Source: the human T2T-CHM13v2.0 reference genome, Homo sapiens. From it: a stretch of 64,000 bases of DNA. The DNA is taken from NCBI RefSeq assembly GCF_009914755.1, contig NC_060926.1, one strand, 5' to 3'. The notes under the pieces were generated by a model that was given only the letters and a program-made list of their open reading frames with translations, did not search any database and was not told the DNA's origin. This document shows positions 48,727 to 63,622 of this stretch, one piece after another (the first letter of the stretch is position 1; every line of letters begins with the position of its first letter). The position numbers were made by a program, and so were the translations under genes.

Positions 48727-48808
48727 CTGGGCAGCATCTTCTTCACATTTAAACAACTGCACCATCTGAAGCATCTTTAACCTTCGCACATCTACCATGT
48801 CTTCACAT
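48727..48808 (-). CDS. SESTD1: SESTD1 coding exon (probably 14), 82 nt, phase 2/0
   Basis: Not in ORF track. Acceptor ttcattAG, donor GTAAGG; (R)[27 protein letters not shown]. Confidence 0.93.
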
Positions 48809-49176
48809 CTAATGAACCCAAACATAAATTTAACTCATCATTTCTGTTTTATTGATTACTATTGTAACATCATCATTTGGTACATGTATTTTATAGTACA
48901 CTAAAATACTTAGTCCTAAACAATGGAGAATGCAAGTATTTTGTATTGATTTGTAAGAATTTTAGGGATATTTATATCAATGTTACATCAAAACATCAAA
49001 ATACCCAAATGATACTCAATGACAAACCCTCTTAAAGATAGCATGGATTCTGCAAAATATTAAAGCAAAATGTAAGGACAATAGTACACTAAAACCCAAA
49101 AAAAATCTCCATTGCTGTTTAGCATCAAACAAGTTTCAAGGATAAAAGTGTAATGTTTCTCAAATACAGGATGATA

Positions 49177-49331
49177 TTTTTTTGAGACAAGGTCTCACTC
49201 AAGCACCTAGGCTGGAGTGCAGTGGTACCATCATAGCTCACTATAACCTCAAACTCCTGGGCTTAAATGATCTTCACATCCCAGCCTCCCAAGTAGCTAA
49301 GACTACAGGTGTGCATCACTATGCCCAGCTA
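49177..49331 (-). mobile_element. Alu right-arm monomer (FRAM/AluJ-like)
   Basis: T run then gagacaaggtctcactc...actacaggtgtgcatcactatgcccagcta. Confidence 0.85.
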
Positions 49332-50627
49332 AAGAAACATTTAAACATTAACGCTTTTCATTATATTATAGTACCTAAAATAATATTTAATTCTGATTTT
49401 TTTTAAAACCCTCCATCTACATTCTTAAAAACTAGATGGAGGGCTTAAAAAAACAAAAAAACTCTACTGACCTCTGGGTGTAGAGAAACACAATTCAAAT
49501 TATTTTTTTAATCTCATTGTGGTCTTTTTGGATAATATAACCATTTAAATTTTTAAGGCAACTTAACCTAACTTAACTCTGGTCCATTTCCTTCATTTCC
49601 ATGAAATTCTGCGTACTGCAGGTGGGATGGGGGACTCCCACTGCAGTCTCAAATACCGATAATATGTTACCAGACACTGTGCTCTACTATACTTGATGTC
49701 CTTAAAGAAAGCTTAATAACAATATAGAAGTAGGTATCACAAGGCTTTTTTTTAAAAAAAAATAAAGATGCTCTGAATAAAAGCTATAACATGACATTAA
49801 AATTCAACTTGGTTAAAGTAATTCTACAATGGACTGAAGGGAAGTGATAATTATTTTTTAAATATGAAACTAAAAAACAATGTAGGCCACTTTGATGAAG
49901 ATGGTATCATACATATACTGTATTCAGGTATTAGATAATGTGTGCTGGGGAAAATATAAGATATGGTCTCTACTATCAAGATGCTCCCATTTGCAGAGAT
50001 GTTATAAGTACTATTATAAAGCTATTTAAAATGTTTTATGAGAGTAGGGAGGAGCAAGTGACTAACTTGCCTTAGAAGTCCAAAAAGGCTTCCTAAAGTA
50101 AAGTAAGTATCCCTGAGTCTTGAAGAGTAAGTAGGAATTCACTGAGCAGAAAACAAGGAAACAAGTATTCTTAGTCATGGATGCATGAAACAGCATGATG
50201 CTTTCAGGGAGATAAAAACAACTGTGTGATTTTATGGGAATGTTATAGAAGATAAAATTATGCAAGAATTGGATTATGAAGGGTCTCCTACATTATTCCA
50301 AGAAGACAAACTCCATCTGAGCAAACAGGAAGTCACTGAAGGAAGTTTTACACAATTGTTGTACTTTATGAAAATTACACTTATATACAAAAAGCTGGAG
50401 AGTAGCCAGGCCAGAGGCAGATAAGAGTTTAAGATCTTGACCATAAATGTTTGAGATTCAGAGACAGCAGAACCTGGACATTTGATTAAGCTATAAGGGA
50501 TGAGAAAGATGAAGGATTTTAGGATAAATCTCAAGTTTGGTAGCTGATGGTAACTTTAACCTAGGCAGGAAATTAAAAAAGGAGAGCAAGTTTTAGAGGA
50601 AAATGATTCCAGTCTGGACATACTAGG

Positions 50628-51499
<872 letters not shown>

Positions 51500-52964
51500 C
51501 TAGATTTCAGCAGTACATGGGGCATCCCGCAGGCGACACTAAGTAGGCAATTGGAATTATGGGTCTACAGCACGGGAGAGCTGTAACTACTAAACCATGA
51601 TCTATTAAAGAAAGTAATTCAAGTAGTGAGAATGTCCAGGGAGAATATATAAAGAAGGGAATCTGGCCTCAGAACAAACCCTGGAAGCAGTAACTTTAGC
51701 TAGTGGCCAAGAAATCAGTGACAAAAACCAAGAAGAAACAGAGAAGGATCATAAATGTGTTTTCAAGAAAGATGAAATCGAAAAGTCAGTTGTGCCTAAC
51801 GCTAATCACAGTTAAGCAAGTCAAGACTAAAAGTATTCTCTGAACTTTAAGTAAGATACAGCATTTATTACGTTGGTAATGCTGGTAAGAGCAACACTGA
51901 ATGAAATAGTTAGGGTAGAAGTCAGACTGAAAAGAGTTGAAAATAAATTGGAGGTAGTGGGGGAAGTAGTATGAATGTACCGTAAACCTATCCAAATGAC
52001 TTAGCTGTGAGGAAGAGTTCTAATGCTAAAAGACAAAGAGTTGAAGAGGAAGACGTACCCATATGTGTGATTATTATTTTTAAAACAGGAGAAATTTAAG
52101 CATTTAAGTGAGGGCAGGAACCAGAGTAGAGAATGGGATTTGATGGAGTTAGGAGTCAGGAGGGTGATCAGAATCAGAGCCTAAATGGAAGCTCAGCTTT
52201 GATATTTTTTGATATAAACGGAGAGCTCTATCATCCTCTGTGGTGACAGAATAAAAGTAAGTTTGCAGATATGAGGGAAGAAATTTCTGCCTCATGACTG
52301 TTTTCTCTGTGATGCAGAAGGAAGCTTTCTGTGAAGTTTTGTTGATGATCATAAAATTTTTAAGTGTGCAAAATTTCATATAACCATGCTAGATTGTGTA
52401 TATTGCATAATTTTAATCCTTTACTTTGCAATACTTTGTAGTTGCTATTGCAAACTGAGTTTTCAAAGAATCTTTTGAATTCCTAGTTTTATAGAAAATG
52501 AAACTAAACATCACTAGTCCACTGTTTAATCCTCCTACAGCAAATATGAGAACAATGAATGTGTGACATTCTGTAAGTTTAGATGAAGAAACAGATCAAT
52601 GTAGATGACAAGTTTAATGGCAACTCTAAACTAAATGAAATTTAAAAAGCAAAATTATTCTTCAGTAAGTTTTTTTTAAAGCAGAAGAGTCATAGACTAC
52701 ACTGGGGATATGGAATTTGAAATAGTTGAGTATAATTGAAATTTTTACAACCCAATAAAAAGGAAAATGGTACCTAATAATTGAATAAATTATTACTATG
52801 TTAGTAAAATTATATACAGTAATTATCACATTCACCAAAAACCTACTACATGTCTTCTATATAACAGTTAAGAACGTTTTGTCTGTATATAAAATGTTAT
52901 ATAACTTCATTTTAACTAATATTGTTATTATTTTAGTAAAAAGTAATTAACGGTCAAACTTTGC

Positions 52965-53124
52965 CTTTGTTTTCTAAGCTGCATATCTTCCATCACTCCT
53001 TGTATGTGGTCCACATTTTCTTTATTTTCAATGGTTACATCCTTTCCATAGGCCCAGGATGCCTGATTGGAGATCTGATCCAGGAGACCTTGACCTTTTT
53101 CACGCAAACCTTGCAATCCCACAT
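52965..53124 (-). CDS. SESTD1: SESTD1 coding exon (probably 13), 160 nt, phase 1/2, GC donor
   Basis: Acceptor ttttgttttAG; (D)[52 protein letters not shown](R). The frame-preserving donor is AG|GCAAAG. Confidence 0.92.
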
Positions 53125-53802
53125 CTAAAACAAAAGTTACTAGATTTAATCTCTTACACAACTAAGGCGCTTTCCCTCCCTCAAACAAATCGTCTCATCA
53201 GATATTGTACCTGGATCCCAAGTATAGGAGCTTTGTACAGTAAACCACCTTGGGATGGAATCCCAAGACTCCATCCTATGAACATTTCAAGCAATAAAAC
53301 CCTTTAAATGTAACTCGAATTGGAGCTCTCTCTCATGCCAAATTCTCCCTAAAGGGAATTTTGAAAACATGGGTTTCCATAGACAATAATTACTTTTAAA
53401 AAATGAAAGCAGAAGAAAAATATGAAAATTCCTATTTCTAATAGAAAACAATTTTCTGTTTTTTCTTCCTGCTTTTATGCTGTCCAACTTATAGGAGAAC
53501 AAGGCAAACATGTTGTTTAAAAAAGCGCATAAGCCTTGCAAAATTTTAAGACACTCCAGCAATGTATCATCAATGTCAAAGGATGTTGAACATTGTGACT
53601 AAAGATACAGTCTAGCTTCTATACCATAGGAAGCAACAATTAGGGTATATTTACAATTCTCCAAATTACATGTGTAAAGGAACTTTTTTTTTTTAAACAA
53701 AGACTGTGGCTCAAGAAAACTAATATTTTAAAAGAAAATTCATTTGTCATATTAAACACTAAATATGTATTATGCATACCATCTGTTAAAATAACAGAGG
53801 CT

Positions 53803-54161
<359 letters not shown>

Positions 54162-54910
54162 CTAAGGCAGTTTTCAATAATTTGGTTTAGTCATGTGCAA
54201 CCACTTTTTACTAGTTCTCTGCCTTAAGTTCCTGTTTCCTCTCTTCCATTGCCATTTCCCCTTTTGTCCCCCCTTGATACGACTCCCCACCTTCCCATTG
54301 TCACATCCTGACCTTTTAGGAAAGTTCACTGTGCTTCCTGCTGTAGAAAAATTCTAAAGGCCTTGATGTCAAATGACATCAAGCCTACATCAGCTTAATG
54401 TAACTGGACCCCTTAATGTAAATGTACCCCACTCCTTGGAGAATGGGTAATCTGACAATATTCCCAGTTTGGTGAGACAAGAACCAAAAAACCAAACCAA
54501 CTATTTTTTCACAAGGTTAGGATAAAGCAACAACAAAAATCATTGCATAAAACACAATTTTGGGCATACAGGATTTACCACAGAACATTTCACAGCTAAT
54601 TACAGTTCATGCATGCACTACAAATAATTGTTCATAGTATATGCAAGACACAGCACCTGTAGATATAGCTGGGTAAACAGGCAAGGGTAAAGGCCCAGTG
54701 AAGGGAGGAGTGACTAACTAACGATGAAAAATAAAATTTTCAGCATAAATTATAACCCCTCAAGGGAATAAAATCTTTTTATACTATTTTTCTGTTTCCT
54801 GAAAATAATACTAATTAGTTCAGTGTAAGTTGACTTAATTGTCTAACCATGGTAATGATATTTAAAAAAAAAAAAAACCTTATGTTTCAGCATTTTTAAA
54901 ATCTGCTTAC

Positions 54911-55025
54911 CAACACTTTTCAGCTTCTCTTCAAGCAGTTTTAAAGTTTGCTGAATCGATGCTCCATCAGCTGGTGCTACATCTACGCACAACATCCCTA
55001 ATAAGCCATCCAACTGCTGAGACAA
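54911..55025 (-). CDS. SESTD1: SESTD1 coding exon (probably 12), 115 nt, phase 0/1
   Basis: Acceptor ctctgctttAG, donor GTAAGC; [38 protein letters not shown] plus G. Confidence 0.95.
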
Positions 55026-55559
55026 CTAAAGCAGAGGGACACCAAAGAGATAACCCTGATGTAATCAGCATCTAAAGTGTTTAATGATTAATGAGGTTTA
55101 TATCTAATGAGGTTATCACAATTACACTTGAAAAGACTACACTGTTACAAGACAAGGACGAATCATTAGAATATGCATTATCTGGAAGACAGAACACACA
55201 GATGCATGCACCAGGAAGACAAAGAAGTACATTCAGGTCAGCAGAATGCAAAAAAGTATTGAGACTTCCATTTCCATCTAAGTTATAAAGCATAAACATT
55301 GAGAAGGAGTCAAAATAAAATATTCTACTAGATTGGAACACTCTAGTTAGACAATAAAAGGTTGAATTGCATGCAGAATGACTTAAAAAATACTTGTTTT
55401 TAAAAAAAATCAAAGAATTTTATCTCATTACCCCCACCAGTAATTCATTTTATTGGTTCAGAAAAATAATTTAGGAGGCATGCAAACCTGAAAAAAATTA
55501 CGTGTAGGTAAGTGTTCAGATAATTTGAAGAAAAGAAAAGAATCAGAATAGACACTTAC

Positions 55560-55754
55560 ATCTTGGGCAACACCATGAAATTCAAGAGCTGCTTGTAAGA
55601 GATTTTGCCTAAATTCCAGCTGACTGGCCTGTCGATAACAAACATCACTAAGTTGTTGCTGCAGTGACTTTAGTTCCACAAGATCTTCCTCATCGCCAGC
55701 ATTCAAGAGTGCTGCAATTTGCTGATTAAGTTCCACATACACTGCAAACCATTC
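55560..55754 (-). CDS. SESTD1: SESTD1 coding exon (probably 11), 195 nt, phase 0/0
   Basis: Acceptor cttgattacAG, donor GTAAGT; [65 protein letters not shown] (ORF 55458..55742). Confidence 0.95.
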
Positions 55755-56731
55755 CTGTAATCAAGATGTTACAAAGTAAACTAAGGCTCAAATTAGTTCC
55801 TGGAAGAGATTACATTTTATAATTTCTCCAGATAAACTAAGTAATACATGATTTTTTTTTTCTAAGGCAAAATTATTAAAATTGAGGGTGGAAAGTTCCT
55901 AATCCTGTGATCCCTGGAACTCAATCCCTGACCTCTAAATGTTCTCTTCTCTTCCTTGCTCTAAGTGAAACCTGTCCGCCCTCAGTCACCCCTGCAGCCT
56001 TCTCAACTGATTACTGTTTCCATGTCTGACATACTGCAAGCCTGAAGGTGGGTTTGGGTGCCTCGTTCCTCACTACTTGCAGACCATTTATTTTCCCTCT
56101 TCTTTCAAAAAACCGTATCCCCTTTGAAGTGCATGCTGTTAGATTACATCTTTTCAGCTTTCTGTGTGGTATCACCTCATCCACAGAAGGGTTTAGCAAA
56201 GGTCACACTGCCTTCCTCTCAGCATCAGCCTTCTTAGTGACTTCCACTACATAGGCACCCACCACCATCCTGAACCTCCAGTTCCTTGACTCCCTCCCTC
56301 ACCTCCAACTAACTTGTCCTCACCTCAACTCAGCTACCTCTTCCACTGGCCATAAAAACGTGTCATCATATACTACTATGTAGCTCCAAAAATCTGTTTC
56401 ATGAAACCCATTTTCTGACCACCTATTGACTCTCCCATTCACCTCTGTTTGTAGGCTCACACCTACAATCCCATGGAATCCACCAATCTACTGACCTCTC
56501 TACCATCCAGCACATGAGAACCTCTGTCCTCACTTCCATCCTTGATCAAAGGCTATAACCACCTCCCAGCATATAACCCATGCCCCTGCCTGGCTTTCTT
56601 TCCTTCCATCAGAATGACCTGTTGAAACCTGAGATCTGTTTTCTCTGCCTAATGTGTGCCTGTACCAGAGTAGCCGAACATGGGTAGACTAAAAACAACT
56701 AGGTGGATAGCGCTCTCTCTCTTTTCCCTCA

Positions 56732-56833
56732 CATCAGAAGGGTAACGTGCTGATGTTGTTACAAGGCTTAGAGGGAGACACATCTCAGATGAGTGTGAGC
56801 ACCCATCATCATGCTTATAAACTACAAAAGGAT
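56732..56833 (-). pseudogene. U13 (SNORD13-like) C/D snoRNA retrocopy
   Basis: Minus strand ATCCTTTTGTAGTTTATAAGCATGATGATGGGTGCTCAC...GCCTTGTAACAACATCAGCACGTTACCCTTCTGATG aligns end to end with recalled U13; box C TGATGA and box D CTGA present; purine-rich tail follows. Confidence 0.88.
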
Positions 56834-57740
56834 TGACAGATCTCTTTTTAAAGTTATGACTAAATAATCTCAAATGAGTCTTTGGCAATCCTTTTATGTT
56901 TCTCTAGTAAATTCACTTTCTCATTCTCATGATCATTTATGTTTTTTTCACTATCAGTCTCCAATTCCCTTTTCACTTCTTCATTCTCAGCCAAAGATCT
57001 TAATTCACTGGGAAGTAATCGGAAAACTCTTTCATCTTCCCACCAACAAATCCCCAACCCTCCGTTCTTCTACAGCCCTATGCTCTGCCCTCAGAGCTGT
57101 AATAATCAGCCGCCTGTCTCTTCTTCTAAGGCCAACCACTCCACTTGTGCATTACAGCCTATCTCTGTTGCCTACACAAAGCTTTGCTCTCACAGTTATC
57201 TTCTCTGTCTCCCATCAGTTCTTCTGTCTCAACTGGATTATTTCCACCAGCATATAAATAAGCTGTAATTTATTAAACAATAAAATACACATTTAAGATT
57301 TGTGCATTTTACTACGCTGAAATTAAACCTCAGTTAAAAAAAATTTTTTTCTTAAAGGAGTTCTCTGTATTTACTCTTTTCTCATTTTTCATTCTTTTTT
57401 TAATCCATTCCAATCAGGATTTTGTTTTCCCACCCTTCTGAAACCAATTGTCAAATTCACCAAAAAATTCCATCTTGCCACAAATCCAATGGTCAATTCT
57501 CAGTCTTTATTTTATTGAACCTCTCAACAAACAGCTGCATTTGGCACAAGTAAGCACTTCCTCCTCCTTCAAATGGCCTTTTCTCTTGTTTTCTGAGACA
57601 CAACAGCTCCTTTTAGCCTTCTTTGCTGGCTCTCCTCCCTCTTTTTGCACTTAAAGTTTAGGTTGACCCAAGGCTCAGTTTTCCAGAGGCTCTCTTTTCT
57701 TCTCACTGGGTTTGGATGACTTCACCTAGTCCCATGCCTT

Positions 57741-57864
57741 TAAATAGATCTATAGGCTAAGAATTACCAAATTAATATAGGCTTTAAATATATCTATAGG
57801 CTAAGAACTACCAAGTTAATATAGGCTCTAAATACATCTATAGGCTAAGAATTACCAAATTAAT
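57741..57864 (+). repeat. 44-bp tandem repeat, about 2.8 copies
   Basis: Unit taaatagatctataggctaagaattaccaaattaatataggctt at 57741, 57785 and 57829. Confidence 0.93.
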
Positions 57865-58704
57865 CATCAACACTGACCCCTCCCATGAACCCCAGATACT
57901 GATACCCAACTGCCCACTAGCCACCTTCATCTGGATGACTACTAGATATCTAAAATCTAACCTGCCACCAAAGACACTGATTCACTATCCTCCCAACCTG
58001 TTCCTCTCGCAGTCCTCCCTGCCTTAGTAGCTGCTAAGGCCAAAAGCCTGATTCTTTCATCAGCAAGTCTTGCTGGCTCAACCTCATCAACTTCTATCAA
58101 TTCTCATTACTTCTAATGCCTCCATCTATCAGCCCCCCGCCTTCCATTTTCATTGCTAGTCTCTGTTCCCTATTTTCCACACAATAGCCGGTGATTTGCT
58201 TAAAACATAAATTAATTATCTGTCCAAAAGTTTCAAATAACTTCACATAACATTTAAAATAAATTTCAAGTTTCTTTTCATGGGCTAAAAGACATTACAT
58301 GTTTTGGCTCCTGACTTCCTCTAAAACTTTATTTTCTGTGACTCTCCTTTGCTCCCTGTACTCTAGCCACACCAACATTCTTGCTGTTCCTCAATCATCT
58401 TCCTGTGCTGGGGTGTTTCTACTGCTGTGTCCTCTATCTGAATTGCCCTTTGTTTGGATTACTTCTCGACATCATTTCAAGGTTTCTGATTAAATGTCAT
58501 CTCCTCAGAGAGGCCTTTCCTAAAATCTATACCTATATTGCTTTCCGCTCCCCAACTTGAATGTAAATTCCATATAGTAAGACAGTATTATATGGCAAAA
58601 GCCTAGAACAACACATGACACATAGTATGTGCTCAATTAACATTCATTGATTGAAGGTATAAAACATTAATCACTGTAGATTTACTGACATTACATTAAG
58701 TAGG

Positions 58705-58915
58705 TAACAGAGGGTGATTTTGTCACTCAGGGAACATGTGGCAGTGTCTGGAAACATTTTGGGTTATCACAACTGAGGAATGGGGATGCCACTGCATGCA
58801 GTAAGTAGAAGCCAGTGATGCTGCAAAATACCCTACCATGTGCAGGACAGCCCTTACGACAGACATTTATCTGGCCCAAAGTCTCAAGAGTCTGCTGAGG
58901 ATGAGAAATCCTCCT
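58705..58915. mobile_element. MER20 DNA transposon
   Basis: gggtgattttgtcactcagggaacatgtggcagtgtctggaaacattttgggttatcacaactg...ctggcccaaa. Confidence 0.8.
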
Positions 58916-59219
58916 ATATCCAATGGTGATGATAATATCTGTCTTACCTTGTTTATCAGTTATTGTTTGGATTTAACTCAATAACAAGCATAGAATATTT
59001 TTAAACTACATAGTTTATAATGGTTAACAGAGACTATTTTAAAGTAGAAAATATTACCTCAGAAAATTATCACTGTCATGCTCTAAAATATAAAAGGATT
59101 TCAATACCTTATTCATAGTACTTACATATCATTAAATGCTCTAAATAAATAGGCTTAACTCTTTGAAGACGTAATAGCAACGATTCTGAGAAAAGCAGTG
59201 AAGGATTAGAGTCCTAGAA

Positions 59220-59388
59220 TAGCACTTTTCAGAGCTACCAGCATTAGACCACTTGGGGTGTTTATTAAAAATGTCTAAGCTTCACTCCTGACTTACTAAA
59301 TCAGTATCTGGAGTTGGCCCTGGAATATATATTTCAACAAGCATCTCTGATGACTCTTATGCCTGTTAAGGTTTAGGAATCACCACTG
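59220..59388. mobile_element. MER5-like DNA transposon
   Basis: accagcattagaccacttggggtg...tactaaatcagtatctgg...aacaagcatc...accactg. Confidence 0.6.
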
Positions 59389-59644
59389 TGGAGCTAATTA
59401 TTTCCTGGTTTGAATTTGTAAAATATAGGCTCCAGCAACCTGACCAGGGATGTAAATACATTGTGAGGACTAGTATGTCTCAAGAAATTAACACCTGAAA
59501 TTAGAGACATTGATATTACCGATTGAGGTTGCCATAAAGAAATAGTCTCTCTGGGATGTGGAGAGCAAAAAAATCTGGCTAATACATTTGCATGTATTTA
59601 AAAAAAGTCATCCAAATGTTTCTTCCTAAAAAACGGGTATGTAC

Positions 59645-60028
<384 letters not shown>

Positions 60029-60746
60029 TTATGTATATTTAACTGTGTAGAAAATGATTATTTTATAGCAAAATAAAAAAACACCAATATATGGGATTTG
60101 GATTGAGATGGTAAGAAAAGGGCTTGAAGGTTCACATTTAGGACACAAGCAGTCAGGATTGACAATGCAATCATGTTGGCAGTGACGCATACTTGGTGAA
60201 ATGATGGATATTTATACTTTATACCATGAAATGTGAATCCATATGTAGGCAGAAGGAAACAGTGCCAACTCGGGTTAAAAAGGTGATTATACTCAGACTA
60301 CACATTAGGAGAAATGAGTCTTGATTCGCCAGGTAGACCTGTTCTGCATAATGCACCAGAGAAAGTGGTTTCTTTGTAGACCAGAACTCAGCACTATGAG
60401 ATGGTGGGATAGTGACAAAATTCTGAAGTAGTTTCAGATATTTATGCTCCTCGATGTTCCTATCACACACGCTTTTCCTACCACACACTTTCTTCAACCC
60501 AAAACATAAAATTAGATTTTTGAACTAAACTGCTTTTAAATTTATTGTCAGTTACTATAACCATTTTCATGTACCTTATTTTTTTTGTTGTGTTCTATTA
60601 AAAAACCAAGTTAACTTCTAATTACCAATCCTTGAACTAGAACTACAGGTTGGCAGAAATTTCATTTTTCTATGTATTAAAACTTAATATCCTAACAAAT
60701 TTGGGGTTTTTAGCTTTATTTCTGCATTATGCTTTTATATGGACTC

Positions 60747-60784
60747 TAAAATTTAATATATGACATAAAATTTAATATATGACA
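60747..60784 (+). repeat. Perfect 19-bp tandem duplication
   Basis: taaaatttaatatatgaca twice. Confidence 0.93.
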
Positions 60785-63499
60785 TTGAGCTGGTAATGCA
60801 AGATTGTATGTTAAAAGTTTTCTCAAATTCTACCGTTAACAGCTGTCAATGCCAGAAATTAGTCATACTTTCACAAGACTTGAACAATTCCAATAATGCT
60901 TTAATCTGTTAACTCTTAGTTACAGAGAGAAAAGAAAGCTTTTAATAAAATATTAGAATATCTTAAACATCATAAGCTAAAATATTCATCCAGCATCAAC
61001 CAACCTATTCTCAGGGTGACAATGCAGTGCCACCTATTGGCTAAAACAGCACAACTGGCTTTTTAAAAATATGTCAAAAGTGGGAAGAATAGTGTAATGA
61101 ACTCCTTCCTATCCAGCTTCAATAATGATCAATTCATGGGTAATTCTGTTTCACATACACTCCCATCCATTCAATCTGTTCCTACCTCCCAATTCTGAAA
61201 CAAAACCCAAATATCACACATGATTTAAGGAAATAAAATCTCTTGATAGCCATCAATGTTTCTTTAGGTCATGTCTATAAATGCAGATGTCAATGTATAT
61301 GTACATTCCTAAGTATTAAAAGTACAAGAATGAAAAACTACTGTAGCTTAACCATATCTGTAAAATTTAGTAGCTTTCTCTAAGAGACAGCTAGAGAAAG
61401 GATCCCCCCTGGGTATCAAGAGATCTGTGTCTTAACAATAGTCCAACTATTCACTGATCAAAAAACGTAGCTTCCCAGTTTTTTCATCTATAAAGTAAGA
61501 TGAAGATATTAGAATAATCTATAAGGTATTTTGCAATTCAAAAGTTTTATATATTGGTTCCACATTATAAGTAAGCTTAAGCACATGGGAAGGGCCACCC
61601 TTAAGCGATGTTTCTTTAAGCTGATTTTGAAAACCTTATAAATATATTAAAAATACAAAACCAACATCTGAACATAGCAATTTCTATGTACATCATCTGC
61701 AATTTCATCCATACTATACGCAATATGAAATTTGCTTTTGAAGTCTTTTTGTAAACTTAGAGTACAGTACAGTATGTATACAATCCAATTTCTAACTGTA
61801 ATTATTTATCTTGGCATTTAAAAAAAATAATAAAATATAGATAAATCCTGTCTTTAGAATCCTCATGTGCCATGTGTCCTTCCTAAAAAGAACTTTTGGA
61901 ATACTTTCATAACTAAATCCCCTTAGGTGAAGTCTAGAATGTTCTAGAGTAAATACAGTTTTTTAGGAACTAAAGAGAGGAACAAATTGTAGACTCTAAC
62001 TATAGTAACATGTTCTAGAACAGTCTACCAGGTTCAAACAAATCACAATCCATGTTAAAAAAAAAATCAAAACATTATTTTAAAAGTACCAAGAGAATTA
62101 AAAGATTATATCCTCAGGAACAGGGTTTGTAATATGATTATTTTAGTATAAAAGGAAGAACCATTATGTTGGAACCTGTGAAATGCATAAAATAAATCGA
62201 TTTTCAATTATGAGATTTCATTTTCAAGTTTTTTACAAGTACTAATTAGAAAAATTGCAAGGAATATATATGTAGTGCCTTTAGACAATTCCAAATCTTG
62301 TAATATCTCTTATTATTCCTTCAGCTAGATTACAACTGCTTTAGGGTATAGTAGTAGATTTTCTGCCAATACCAGTAATTGCTATACCTGATTTACAGAA
62401 CATTACAAAGAAAGCAATATGAGGAAACTAAGCAAAATGGAATACATTTAGAAGAAAAATAAGAATCAGATATTGTTAAATTCTAGTAAAGATGAGATTT
62501 ACTCATTCATTCAAATTTATTCCCAAGCAAACCATATTACTTATTCTTTAATCTTGTTTAGTTAAAAATGGACATTTCCTAATACTATCCAACATAATTA
62601 GAGGAAAGAAGAAACGTTGCAGAAATTAATGTTCCGACGGTACTTAATGCTCATCTGGGTCCAGAGTTTAACATTTTGACCACCTTTTTTAAGACAACCT
62701 AAGGAGAAGGGAATTAATGGATTCAAATTTTATTTTTCCAATTTTGTATTTAATCTATTTTAAATTACCAAAGTAATATGACCTTAGGGAGAGGGGGGTG
62801 AGCTACCCCGTCCACAAACTGGATGATCTCTTTCTCAGTAATGAAGAATTAACTGTAACAGAGCAGGAGATTAACGAACACCAGCTTCTTTCACATAACA
62901 AGTTGTTAAATTTTAAATTATCTTTAACAATTATTATCTATAATCTGCTTAAGAATCTATTTATTTCCCAATTTTATACCTGTGATTTGTCTGATTACCC
63001 CTTTCACAAATACAAAAGGGACCCCTAAATGCTCAGAGAATGGAAAAATATTCTGCACCCTCTGGACTTACTCTCCATCAGTTGTGTTTAATGCAGCAAT
63101 TCTGCTATCACTCTCAGGCATTTAATTGTACTATATACTCCCAATAAAGTGGGGGTGAGGGGGACTTGAAAACAGAAGTTTCTGTCACAGAGACTACAGA
63201 TGAAAGCTCTATTTTTGTATTATCACTCTTTTTTCTGTCACTGTAGCTTTTAAAATTTCATGCAAATTGTGCTTCTATAAAAATATAATTAAACTGCATT
63301 AGAGACAAAACCAAAAACAACCTTCTAATTAACATGTACTAAGTAATCAAAATGTACTTTATGACCTCTAGGCACTTAACAAACTGTACTTCATGCCCCA
63401 TACCAAAGTTTGCAGCAACTTATCACTCAGTACCACATATGCTACTAATTACCCACGTTCATAATATCATTGTAACTTGCAGAGGAAAAAGCCTCTCAC

Positions 63500-63622
63500 A
63501 CTGTGCTGGCTCTCAATCTCTTCGTGTTTCTGCTGTAGGGCCTGGGAGGCCCTAATGGAGTCTCCAATGCCCCACTGGGCTCTTAGTTGTTCTGATCCAG
63601 GCCCTTCTAGCCAGTTCACCAC
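63500..63622 (-). CDS. SESTD1: SESTD1 coding exon (probably exon 10), 123 nt, phase 0/0
   Basis: Not in ORF track. Acceptor tttgtttatAG, donor GTGAGA; translates [41 protein letters not shown], spectrin-repeat-like and in frame with the next exon (EWFAVYV...). Confidence 0.93.

Larger units (their letters stand above)
55960..58655 (+). mobile_element. Long L2 remnant hosting the U13 copy and a tandem repeat
   Basis: CT-rich L2 body ending gcctagaaca...gacacatagtatgtgctcaattaacattcattgattgaa. Confidence 0.65.

Noticed and set aside
57741-57864. CRISPR-like array
   Set aside because: Head-to-tail copies with no unique spacers.
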